Below are positions 48,901-58,285 of a DNA stretch of 64,000 bases, piece after piece; positions within the stretch are counted from its first letter, which is position 1, and the number at the start of each line of letters is the position of its first letter. The translations under genes were made by a program, and so were the position numbers. Location: NCBI GenBank assembly GCA_964558645.1, contig CAZLEV010000010.1:68623-132622 (forward strand), written 5' to 3'. Below the pieces are notes generated by a model. It did not search any database. It saw only the letters and a list, made by a program, of their open reading frames with translations, and had not been told where the DNA came from. Origin of the DNA: an uncultured archaeon (GTDB taxonomy: Archaea; Asgardarchaeota; Thorarchaeia; Thorarchaeales; Thorarchaeaceae).

Positions 48901-49347
48901 TCACCCCACTTCTACGCCATTCTCGTGATCCACTTGGCATTTCATGCTGTTTGCAACGAGACAGTACTTGCCTGACAGTTCTAGGGCTCTCTCTGCCTTC
49001 GATATCAAGTCTTCCGTTTCCACAATAACGTTTGACTTCAATACGATTCGCGTGAACTCAAAGCCTTTCTCAACCTTCTCCAGCGTACCTATCCCTGTGC
49101 ATGTGAAGGACTTGAACTCGAATCGCATCTTCTTCGCAAAGGTGACAAAGGTGGTCATCATGCATGTGGCTGCAGATGCCACAAACAGGTCCTCTGGCGA
49201 GATGATTCCGGAGACACCGCCTTCGAACTCTGGTGGTGTAGCTATCTGAACTGTGGGTTTGTCTTTGATAATCAGGTTTCCGATTCTGTCATGGCTCCAG
49301 TCGACTTTGACTTCGTAGGTGTGACTCTCATCACTCATTTCTATCAA
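48901..49347 (-). CDS. OsmC-family protein
   Basis: TPPEFEG, SPEDLF, TCM...KYCLVANS. Confidence 0.88.
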   Translation of the reverse strand: MIEMSDESHTYEVKVDWSHDRIGNLIIKDKPTVQIATPPEFEGGVSGIISPEDLFVASAATCMMTTFVTFAKKMRFEFKSFTCTGIGTLEKVEKGFEFTRIVLKSNVIVETEDLISKAERALELSGKYCLVANSMKCQVDHENGVEVG

Positions 49348-49375
49348 CTCGTACTAAGAAGCCTTCAGGAAAAAA

Positions 49376-49825
49376 TCATTCGGCTTGGTCGTCCTTTGCT
49401 ATGATGCGATGGTCATAGGTAGTTGTTCCCTTCAGGCTATTGGCAACATAGCAGTATTTCGCTCCGAGTTCCAGAGCTCGCTCAGACCGTTTTCTTAGAT
49501 CTTCCGAGGGAATCTCAACCTTCGTCACCATATTCATTTTCGTTATCTCAAAGCTTCTTCCCACTTTCTCTAGGATTCCTGTTGCCTCCACCTCGAACGA
49601 ATCAAATTGAATGCGCATTTTCTTAGTGAACTCAACGAAGGAATTCATCAGGCAAGTAGCAGCAGCAGCCACGAGGAGATGCTCTGGAGTATGGTATGCC
49701 TGACTCTCGTCAGGAGGTTTCCCTGTTCTTATTTTGGGCATTTCATCCACTATTGCTTCGCCGGACTTGCCTCCGGTCCAGACTACTGTAACATCATATG
49801 ATCTTGTTTTCTCGCTCATGCTCAT
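49376..49825 (-). CDS. OsmC-family protein (tandem paralogue)
   Basis: TPEHLL, TCL...KYCYVANS. Confidence 0.85.
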   Translation of the reverse strand: MSMSEKTRSYDVTVVWTGGKSGEAIVDEMPKIRTGKPPDESQAYHTPEHLLVAAAATCLMNSFVEFTKKMRIQFDSFEVEATGILEKVGRSFEITKMNMVTKVEIPSEDLRKRSERALELGAKYCYVANSLKGTTTYDHRIIAKDDQAE

Positions 49826-49857
49826 CCTCTCTCAGCAGTTGTGACTCTTTCACCTGA

Positions 49858-50628
49858 CTATCTTGACTTCACAGCCTTGAATACCATGAAGAAGGGGATT
49901 CTTCGCTCACGCAAAAAGAACGGATCTTCATCTAGGGGGACCGGCTCCTCGACCCTCGTTATTTCAAATCCCACTGCAGTCATGCGGTCAAAGTACGTAG
50001 AGATGGTCCGATGAAAGAATGTGATCGGTTCGGGAAATCTCTCTCCCTCACGCGAACGCCAGTATCGCTCGTAGACCCGTTCATCGAAATAGTTATCCAT
50101 CTTGAAGAACAGGCCCTCTCTTCTACCTGTGACCTCGTTCTTCTCATCCAGCTCCCACTCCCCCGGCCCATAGAAATCGAACGCCGGATGCACAATTGAC
50201 ATGACCAGTATCCCCTCGTAGTCCAAGACGCGATAGAACTCGCTTATTGCCTCGCGTAGACAGGGAACGTTCAAAATGACAAGATTGCAGAGAACAGCAT
50301 CAAAGGCCCCCTCCGGGAAATCACAGAGATTGCATATATTCCCGACCCGATAGTCTATGGACACATCTGTTGTCAGGGTCTCTGCGGTTCGTATGAGTTT
50401 CTCAGAGAAATCTACTCCAGTGACCCTTGCGCCTAGTTCCGCATAGTATCTGGATAGATACCCTTCTCCACATCCAGCATCAAGAAGTCTCTTTCCTGCA
50501 AGGTTTCCTAGAAGTGCTCTTACGCAAGGGTTGAGAATCTTTCGATGATGTGGGGTACCTCTGTTTTCGATCAGAGATGCAAAGAACTCTGCATTCTCTT
50601 CCCATTGCCGTTTCAGGGCATCCTGCAC
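49858..50628 (-). CDS. Class I SAM-dependent methyltransferase
   Basis: LLDAGCGEG, HP.F, FFHRTISTY. Confidence 0.88.
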   Translation of the reverse strand: MQDALKRQWEENAEFFASLIENRGTPHHRKILNPCVRALLGNLAGKRLLDAGCGEGYLSRYYAELGARVTGVDFSEKLIRTAETLTTDVSIDYRVGNICNLCDFPEGAFDAVLCNLVILNVPCLREAISEFYRVLDYEGILVMSIVHPAFDFYGPGEWELDEKNEVTGRREGLFFKMDNYFDERVYERYWRSREGERFPEPITFFHRTISTYFDRMTAVGFEITRVEEPVPLDEDPFFLRERRIPFFMVFKAVKSR

Positions 50629-50663
50629 GTGGCCAGCATCTCCCTCACTTAGTTGACGCGTTT

Positions 50664-51059
50664 CTAGATGTCTTCCCAGACCTTGTGTATGTGCTTGGCG
50701 GTCTCTTTGATGACTGGCTCCATTTTGTCCTCAGGTGCCAGTCCAGTTTCGGCTGCAACGCGCATAATCGAGGTATGGGCCACTACGGTTCTGCCTTCGT
50801 CCTCGTAGACCACAAAACTGCATGGGAACAGAGTGCCGGCCTCTTTGGACACATCCAGTGCCATCTTTGCGAGTGCCGGATTACAGGCCAGCACCATGGC
50901 ATAACGGGGGTATTTGTCCACATCGAGTGCCTTCCTAAAGATCTGATCAAGATGCTTGGTCACCAAGACACCGAATCCGTTCTTTGAGCAGATATCTTCT
51001 ACCCTCTTCACAGCCTCATCGAAGTCATAGTCGACTTCTTTACGCAATACTTCAACCAT
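50664..51059 (-). CDS. DUF302 family protein
   Basis: GFGVL, ACNP, LFPC..VVYE. Confidence 0.85.
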   Translation of the reverse strand: MVEVLRKEVDYDFDEAVKRVEDICSKNGFGVLVTKHLDQIFRKALDVDKYPRYAMVLACNPALAKMALDVSKEAGTLFPCSFVVYEDEGRTVVAHTSIMRVAAETGLAPEDKMEPVIKETAKHIHKVWEDI

Positions 51060-51141
51060 ACGTCAGAGAATACGCCAACTGATTTAGTCTTTCCTTCAGA
51101 GGCATATTGTATCGGAAATGGCAACTTCACAGAATACGAGA

Positions 51142-51218
51142 TGGTGGACCGGGCGAGATTTGAACTCGCGGCCTCTTGGATGCGAACCAAGCGATCTACC
51201 GGGCTAATCTACCGGCCC
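51142..51218 (-). tRNA. tRNA-Ala(CGC)
   Basis: GGGCCGG/CCGGTCC acceptor stem with G3-U70, anticodon arm CTTGG-TTCGCAT-CCAAG, encoded CCA. Confidence 0.95.
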
Positions 51219-51266
51219 ATGGGTAAGTAGTGATTCCCCTGACTGACTCTTAAAACCTTGTCTGCA

Positions 51267-51560
51267 TCATATCTCGATGCCGAAGGCCTCCGAGAACCTC
51301 TCCACCTTGATGAACTCTTGGAGGAAGTTCCTTCCCTTGGTTGTCAGGTGATAGACTCGCGACTCGTTATCAACCTCAGTTTCAGAGATCAGCTTCTTCT
51401 TTGTCAGTTCTTCCAGATACTGTGTCAACCTGTCATAGGAAAGATTGGCGCTATAGAGAATCTTCGTAGGTCCTGCTCCGGACTCTCCCTCTCCCTTGAT
51501 AGCGCGCATCATGTCTACTAGGATACGCACCTTCGAGCGATAAGACCGCCTCGGACTCAT
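51267..51560 (-). CDS. Archaeal wHTH regulator
   Basis: RSK..I..D, TKILYSANLSY, Y.LT.KG..FL. Confidence 0.85.
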   Translation of the reverse strand: MSPRRSYRSKVRILVDMMRAIKGEGESGAGPTKILYSANLSYDRLTQYLEELTKKKLISETEVDNESRVYHLTTKGRNFLQEFIKVERFSEAFGIEI

Positions 51561-52180
51561 TATTCCTTTCCTGCCTTGACAAGCATGACCAAGAAGGAGA
51601 TAAAGCCTAGAAATTGGAACAACTGGCTCAGGAAGTAACCTCTTAGCTCTGTCTGGGTGGGGATAACTACCACATGACTGATGAGAAGAAGTGCGAATCC
51701 TGCAAGTACGTATGCCGCATACTTGCTCTTCGTTGACATGTAGTTCATGAGTGACTGTATGACCACGACAATCAGAACGATGATTGCGATGAGGTCCAGA
51801 TTGGGGTCAACAAGAATGGGAAGGGCCAGAAGTGCCATGTTGTGATGCAGAGCCCGTGACTGTGTTGGTCGCGTGGAGATGGCAAAGAGGACATATGCCA
51901 TGACCTTCATGGCACCGTAGGCTATTGTCACCACTGCTATCATCAGGTTCGCGTTGCCTGCCCCTTCTCCACTCAAGACGAAGAAGTAGATGGTCCCGAC
52001 TACCCTTCCGAACATCGCTGCAGATAGCACAATAAAGCCAGAGGAGAGATCCGAGAGCCGTTTTTGTTCCGTGAGCTGATACGCCTTGTTCGCATAGTGG
52101 CTGATGGCAAGAGCAATCAGACCCGCTATCGACTCCAGCAACAAATCTAACCGAATCAGAAAGGCTAACCAGCTCTGCAT
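51560..52180 (-). CDS. Membrane protein (about 6-7 TM), translationally coupled to the wHTH gene
   Basis: Hydrophobic helices; TAATG stop/start overlap. Confidence 0.65.
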   Translation of the reverse strand: MQSWLAFLIRLDLLLESIAGLIALAISHYANKAYQLTEQKRLSDLSSGFIVLSAAMFGRVVGTIYFFVLSGEGAGNANLMIAVVTIAYGAMKVMAYVLFAISTRPTQSRALHHNMALLALPILVDPNLDLIAIIVLIVVVIQSLMNYMSTKSKYAAYVLAGFALLLISHVVVIPTQTELRGYFLSQLFQFLGFISFLVMLVKAGKE

Positions 52181-52382
52181 AATGCATTCCTATCCTAGAC
52201 TTGTAACTCTTAGTCTATATTGTAAGTGAATGAATCATTCCTCCTAATGGATGATACGGTGATGAATCTGGGACATCAATGGAGATATTGAGGGAAAAGG
52301 CGAAGGCATTTACTATGTATGATTCGTCTATCTCAATCGTTCATTGGGCCTTTATATCCTGTTACCATAGAAATAACGTGCC

Positions 52383-52548
52383 GTGGTTGGAACACGCCGA
52401 GAAACACTGGCCCTGTCTATGCGTTGGTGTCTTCGGCGCTTACCTGGATTCGGCGCCCAAGATGGAAGCGAACGGATGACTGCAGGGATACTCGGATAAC
52501 AATTCCGAGTTCCGAGGATGGCGGGGCATTTCCCCGCCCTTCCATCAC
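52383..52548 (+). ncRNA. Candidate structured RNA (~166 nt)
   Basis: TTTATAT box at 52351; closing stem GTGGTTGGAA/TTCCATCAC; internal stems CGCCGA..ACAC/GTGT..TCGGCG, ACTCGGA/TCCGAGT, GGCGGGG/CCCCGCC. Confidence 0.4.
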
Positions 52549-52606
52549 CTTCTGATATCTGGGGAACTGAGCGATAACCTGATGCTCTCTTCAGATTGGT
52601 CTTGGT

Positions 52607-55243
52607 TCAATCTGTTTCGGACTTCGAATTGTCTTCAAGCATTACCTCTATCTTACCGACCTTGTCTCTAAGGTCCCGATTCTCTTTCTCCAGCTCCTCG
52701 ATGCTTCTCTTGACAGACTCTATCTCCGTGTCCTTCTTCTTTGCGGAGAGTTTCCGTATGCTCTCTCTGCAGTATCGTACAACAGATGACTCGGCCGAAC
52801 TCTCTGCAAGCCTCCTCAGCAGAGGAATCAGCTCTGCGTCTTCGTACTCTTTGGTGGCCAAGATAGCAGCAATCTGTACGCGGTAGGATCGATCGCTGAG
52901 CAGATTCTCAAGATGTCCCTTGACCTCTGGATGCTCTTTCTTGAACCGTTTCCCGAGTTTGGCCAGCCCCTTCGGGACGATGCGCCTCAGATAGTCATTC
53001 ACACCGGGTTTCATGTACCTGTAGAGGATATCAATGACCTCTCTCTTCTCAGTCTCAATGAGTCCATTCAGATAGCCCTGTCTGATAATCTCGTGCCAAC
53101 TGTCCGCCACATCATCAATTCCTTCCTTGAGGATTTCAAATGACCTCTTGTGCTGAATCTTGCCAATCGAGGCTGCAGCCGAGGAGGGCACGAAGTAGCT
53201 CTCTTGGTCCTGCAATAGCTTTTCGAGTGCCGCCAGTGCCCGATCGTTCTGATAGAACTCGCCCAGCGCCCGAGCGACGGCAGTTCTTGCCTTCGTATTC
53301 TTGATTTCAGTTCCTTTGAGGAGTGCATCCAATGCCGACTCTGTCTTCATGGAACCAAGCACCTTAGCAATCTCCGACTGAACCCCCCAGAACGCATCCT
53401 CTGCCAATGCTCTCTGGAGTGCCTCCAGTGCTCTTGGCGTGTTCTTCTTTCCAAGGGCCTGAGCTGCCTTGATTTGTTGGATGATATTGGTTCCGTGATG
53501 CAGCTGTTCAATCCACATCTGTTCGGGTTTCTCAATCTTCCAGTCCATCAGGACTGCATAGTCTGGGTCCACTATGATCTGCTTCGGTCTTGTCGAAACC
53601 GGGTAATAGAAACTGTTGACCCGCTTGTCCACTTGCACAGTGTAGCGATTACGTTCTCCATCGTCCATGACAAACTCCACAGTCAGGGGGAATCTGAAAG
53701 CCTCTGGTGTCATGTTGTCTTCATGTTCTTGTGTCTGCTCTATTCGCACCAGTGCATGTCTTAGTTCATCATCATACGAACACTTGATCTTGCACTCGGG
53801 ATAGCCTGCCCTGTACAGCCATTGTTCAAAGAACCAACCATAGTCTTCCCCTGTCATCTCTGAGAAGAGTGCTTCGAGATCATGGGTGTAGACCGACTGA
53901 TGTGCGTACCTCGTCAACCACTCGCCCAGAATCTCCCACCATCTCTCCTCTCCCACTAAGTGTTTGAGCATGTAGTATCGCCATGCCGCTCCAGGATAGA
54001 GATGTCTGTCAAACACATCAGAACCCCGCTCCCACTCGTTCTGTACAATGGGGCGACGGTACTTCTCCACATCCTCCTCAAAGTAGGACTTCTGCTTTCC
54101 GTACTGATCGTATAGATACTCAGAATCCCCCTTATCGTGACGTTTCCATTCATTCTGCATCTGGGTGCCCCAGCCCTCGTTGAGCCAACCATGAGACCAG
54201 GTTCTACATGTGACCAGATCTCCTCCCCACATATGTGCAAGTTCGTGGGCTACCAGACCGTCAGAGTCAAAATCCCTGTGGGCCTTCTCATCATGGAGCG
54301 TAGCGTCCGTCTGTGTGGTTGCACTTGTGTTTTCCATACCCCCAATCACGAAGTTAGCAGCGGTGACCTGAGCATACTTGGCCCATGGATATTTGACTCC
54401 AAGCCTGTTCTCGAAGAATCGAATCATCTCGGGGGTCTTTCCAAAGGACCTATAGACAGTCTCTTTGTCCCATTTCTTGTGGGCATAGTAGCTCACCTCA
54501 AGCCCATCAAGGTCTTCTTTGTATGCCACGTACTCTGATGTTGCTACGGTCATCAGATAGGCCGGAATGGGTAACTCCTGGACCCAGTGGAAAGTCTCTG
54601 TTCCATTGCTGTTCTTCTCTCGGTTCTTGAGGGTGCCATTACTCATAACGAAGTAGCCCTCAGGCACTGTGATGATGGCCTCAAAGGGGAACTTATGGCT
54701 TGGATTATCATAGACCGGCACCACAAAACGCGCCATATCGTCCTGCATCTGTGTCCACGCGCTGCTCTCAATATCAGGAAACTCGGGACAAGGATTTGTG
54801 AAGTAGAGCCCCGCCCGTGGATGATGGATGACATAGACAAATGTGATCGCCATCTCTTCGCCCTCTCCGAGACCCGCCTGGAGATAGACCAGTATCTCCT
54901 GTTCATCAGGTCTCAGCTCCCAGCCGAGTTCATTCCCTTGCGAGTCCTGCACAGACCGTATTTCAAGTTCTGCCGCATGCAGTCGCACCCTTTCAAGTGA
55001 TGGTACTATCGATCGCAGCCGAAGAGTTGAGATCGCGTCCACCCGTTCATCCTGAATGTCTATCTCCCAGTCTAACTTCAGATGGACTATGTCAAAATGC
55101 CGTGAAGGCGCCCATTGCGGTTTCGCTGTGGGAAAGACAAACGACTCTCTCTCGTCAGCACGAATATTGGCGAGTTCGTGGTCATTGCCCAGCATCAAAG
55201 ACTCCAGATAGTCATGAAAATCAGTCATCATACAGTACTCCAT
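52607..55243 (-). CDS. M1-family aminopeptidase with HEAT repeats and a coiled-coil tail
   Basis: GGMEN, HELAH-x18-E (WLNEG), C-terminal HEAT repeats. Confidence 0.93.
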   Translation of the reverse strand: MEYCMMTDFHDYLESLMLGNDHELANIRADERESFVFPTAKPQWAPSRHFDIVHLKLDWEIDIQDERVDAISTLRLRSIVPSLERVRLHAAELEIRSVQDSQGNELGWELRPDEQEILVYLQAGLGEGEEMAITFVYVIHHPRAGLYFTNPCPEFPDIESSAWTQMQDDMARFVVPVYDNPSHKFPFEAIITVPEGYFVMSNGTLKNREKNSNGTETFHWVQELPIPAYLMTVATSEYVAYKEDLDGLEVSYYAHKKWDKETVYRSFGKTPEMIRFFENRLGVKYPWAKYAQVTAANFVIGGMENTSATTQTDATLHDEKAHRDFDSDGLVAHELAHMWGGDLVTCRTWSHGWLNEGWGTQMQNEWKRHDKGDSEYLYDQYGKQKSYFEEDVEKYRRPIVQNEWERGSDVFDRHLYPGAAWRYYMLKHLVGEERWWEILGEWLTRYAHQSVYTHDLEALFSEMTGEDYGWFFEQWLYRAGYPECKIKCSYDDELRHALVRIEQTQEHEDNMTPEAFRFPLTVEFVMDDGERNRYTVQVDKRVNSFYYPVSTRPKQIIVDPDYAVLMDWKIEKPEQMWIEQLHHGTNIIQQIKAAQALGKKNTPRALEALQRALAEDAFWGVQSEIAKVLGSMKTESALDALLKGTEIKNTKARTAVARALGEFYQNDRALAALEKLLQDQESYFVPSSAAASIGKIQHKRSFEILKEGIDDVADSWHEIIRQGYLNGLIETEKREVIDILYRYMKPGVNDYLRRIVPKGLAKLGKRFKKEHPEVKGHLENLLSDRSYRVQIAAILATKEYEDAELIPLLRRLAESSAESSVVRYCRESIRKLSAKKKDTEIESVKRSIEELEKENRDLRDKVGKIEVMLEDNSKSETD

Positions 55244-55493
55244 TCGTGAAGAGCCCCAGTAGAAATCAGTGAGGCCGTTGACAGGCTGTCAGCTGACCCA
55301 CTGATTATGAACCTTGTTACTCAGGCCATCACCTACCTCTTCAGGTTGCATCACCCATCCAAGCCTTCATAAGGCTTGAGACCATATTCATTCCTGCTGC
55401 GGTGGAACCCTTCCAGGGGGAACGCTTGATGTTCCATCGGCTCTCATGCTCCCATTAGCCCAAATGGCGAATTGGGCGTTTGTGAGCTACTTG

Positions 55494-55508
55494 GAAAGGT
55501 TTTTATTC
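55494..55508 (+). promoter_or_regulatory. Probable rRNA promoter (BRE + TATA)
   Basis: GAAAGGTTTTTATT about 290 nt upstream of the 16S start. Confidence 0.45.
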
Positions 55509-56663
55509 ACAACAACCGCGGTACGATTACTTCGCGTCAATCGGTTTCAGGTCAGATGCCGTCGGCGAGAGCCAAGCGATGACGATCTTGAGTTCCAGAC
55601 GCGAACACAAGATGCGGACGTGAGATAGACCGGTGCTATTGTGCCGGAATCCCCTCAGGTCTAAGATAGGCTCGACAGGGTGCAGGAAGGGGTAAGAACA
55701 TTCCCTGCTGACCACGTCAACCTGTACTTCATTATATTCAAGTGTGCGTCAAACCTGTACTAACTTCCTTGCCAGGAAGTACGAGATCAACTCTAGTTGA
55801 TCCTGCTAGAGGACACTGCTATTGGCTTGGGGATAAGACATGCAAGTGTTACGGACTCACATCCGAGTCCGTCGCGAACGGCTCAGTAGTGTCGCTAACC
55901 TACCCTGTGGAGGTGGACACCGCCGGGAAACTGGCGTTAATCCGCCGTAGGAGCATTGTTCTGGAAATGATATTGCTCTCATATGGGTGCCCTAGGTATG
56001 TTGGGTACTCCGCCACAGGACGGGGCGGCACCGGATCATACTTGTAAGTGGGGTAATTGCCCACTTAGGTTATGACCCGAACGGGCGATGTAAGTCGTGG
56101 CCCGGAGAAGGGCACTGAGACAAGGGCCCTAGCCCCACGGGGCGCAGCAGTTACGAAACCTCACCAATGCGCGAAAGCGTGAGTGGGCCAAGCCAAGTGA
56201 CGGGGGATAACTCCGTCTGTGATGGATCCGTAGTGAGGACCATTAGAAAGGAGAGGGCAAGGCTGGTGCCAGCCGCCGCGGTAAAACCAGCTCTTCGAGT
56301 GGTGTCCATGATTATTGAGCTTAAAGCGTTCGTAGCCGGTTTGGTAGGTCCCTGCTTAAATCCGGCCGCCTAACGGTCGGTCTGGTAGGGATACCGCCTT
56401 ACTTGGGGACGGGAGACGATGACGGTATTCCGCAGGTAGGGGTGAAATCCTATGATCTGCGGAGGACCACCAGTGGCGAAGGCGGTCATCGAGAACGTGC
56501 CCGACGGTGAGGAACGAAACCCAGGGTAGCGAATCGGATTAGATACCCGAGTAGTCCTGGGCGTAAACCATGCCCGTTAAGTGTTGCGTTGGCCACGAGC
56601 CATCGCGGTGCTGCAGTGAAAACGTTAAACGGGCCGCTTGGGAAGTACGGTCGCAAGACTGAA

Positions 56664-57442
<779 letters not shown>

Positions 57443-57840
57443 GCTTGCGGTTTAATTGGACTCAACGCCGGAAAACTTACCCGCCCAGACAGCCGAATGA
57501 GAGCCAGACTGATGATCTTGCTCGACGAGCTGAGAGCTGGTGCATGGCCATCGTAAATTCGTGCCGTGAGGTATCAGCTTAAGTGCTGCAACGAATGAGA
57601 TCCCTGCCACCTAGTTGCCAGCCGGGAACTTCGGTTCCGACGGGGCACACTAGGGGGACCGCCAGCGATAAGCTGGAGGAAGGTGGGGGCCACGGTAGGT
57701 CAGTATGCCGCGATATGGGCGGGGCCACACGCGTGCTACAATGGCGAGGACAATGCGTTACAACGCCGAGAGGCGAAGTCAATCGCGAAACCTCGTCGTA
57801 GTTGGAATCGTGGGTTGAAACTCACCCACGTGAACCTGGA

Positions 57841-57870
57841 ATTGGCAGCCACTTCGACTGCCATCAGGTC
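57841..57870 (+). other. 16S BHB mini-intron (30 nt, about position 1339)
   Basis: CCTG/CAGG helix, bulges GAA and TCA; splicing restores CTGGAATCCCTAGTA. Confidence 0.88.
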
Positions 57871-57906
57871 ATCCCTAGTATCCGCGTCTCACTAAGGCGC
57901 GGAGAA

Positions 57907-57935
57907 ACCAGTTGAGATTTCCTCACTGGCTCCTC
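57907..57935 (+). other. 16S BHB mini-intron (29 nt, about position 1375)
   Basis: GGAG/CTCC helix, bulges AAA and TCT; splicing restores GGAGAATACGTCCC. Confidence 0.9.
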
Positions 57936-58050
57936 TACGTCCCTGCTTCTTGCACACACCGCCCGTCGCTCCATGCGAGCGGCTTTGGGGTGAGGCGATG
58001 TCCGTATGGGCGTTGACGAATCTTGAGGTCGCAAGTAGGGAGAAGTCGTA

Positions 58051-58080
58051 AAGTTGTTAGACTTCCTAGCGACTCGGCCA
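58051..58080 (+). other. 16S BHB mini-intron (30 nt, about position 1499)
   Basis: GTCG/CGGC helix, bulges TAA and CAA; splicing restores AAGTCGTAACAAGG. Confidence 0.92.
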
Positions 58081-58112
58081 ACAAGGTATCCGTAGCGGAA
58101 GCTGCGGATGGA

Positions 58113-58144
58113 AGAGGATGAGATTCGCTCTCGTCTTCCATCAA
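58113..58144 (+). other. 16S BHB mini-intron (32 nt, about position 1531)
   Basis: GATG/CATC helix, bulges GAA and AAT; splicing restores GGATGGATCACCTCCT. Confidence 0.92.
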
Positions 58145-58285
58145 TCACCTCCTACGTTCTACCTCGTAGAGGTAGAAGCAGCAGAAGTGCGGGTTCTTGA
58201 CGGGGGTCAGTGCAAAGGGTGCTTGCCCTTGGCATTTTGTCGAGCCACCCTATTCTATTGCATAGTTATCAAGCCCTAGTGTGAA

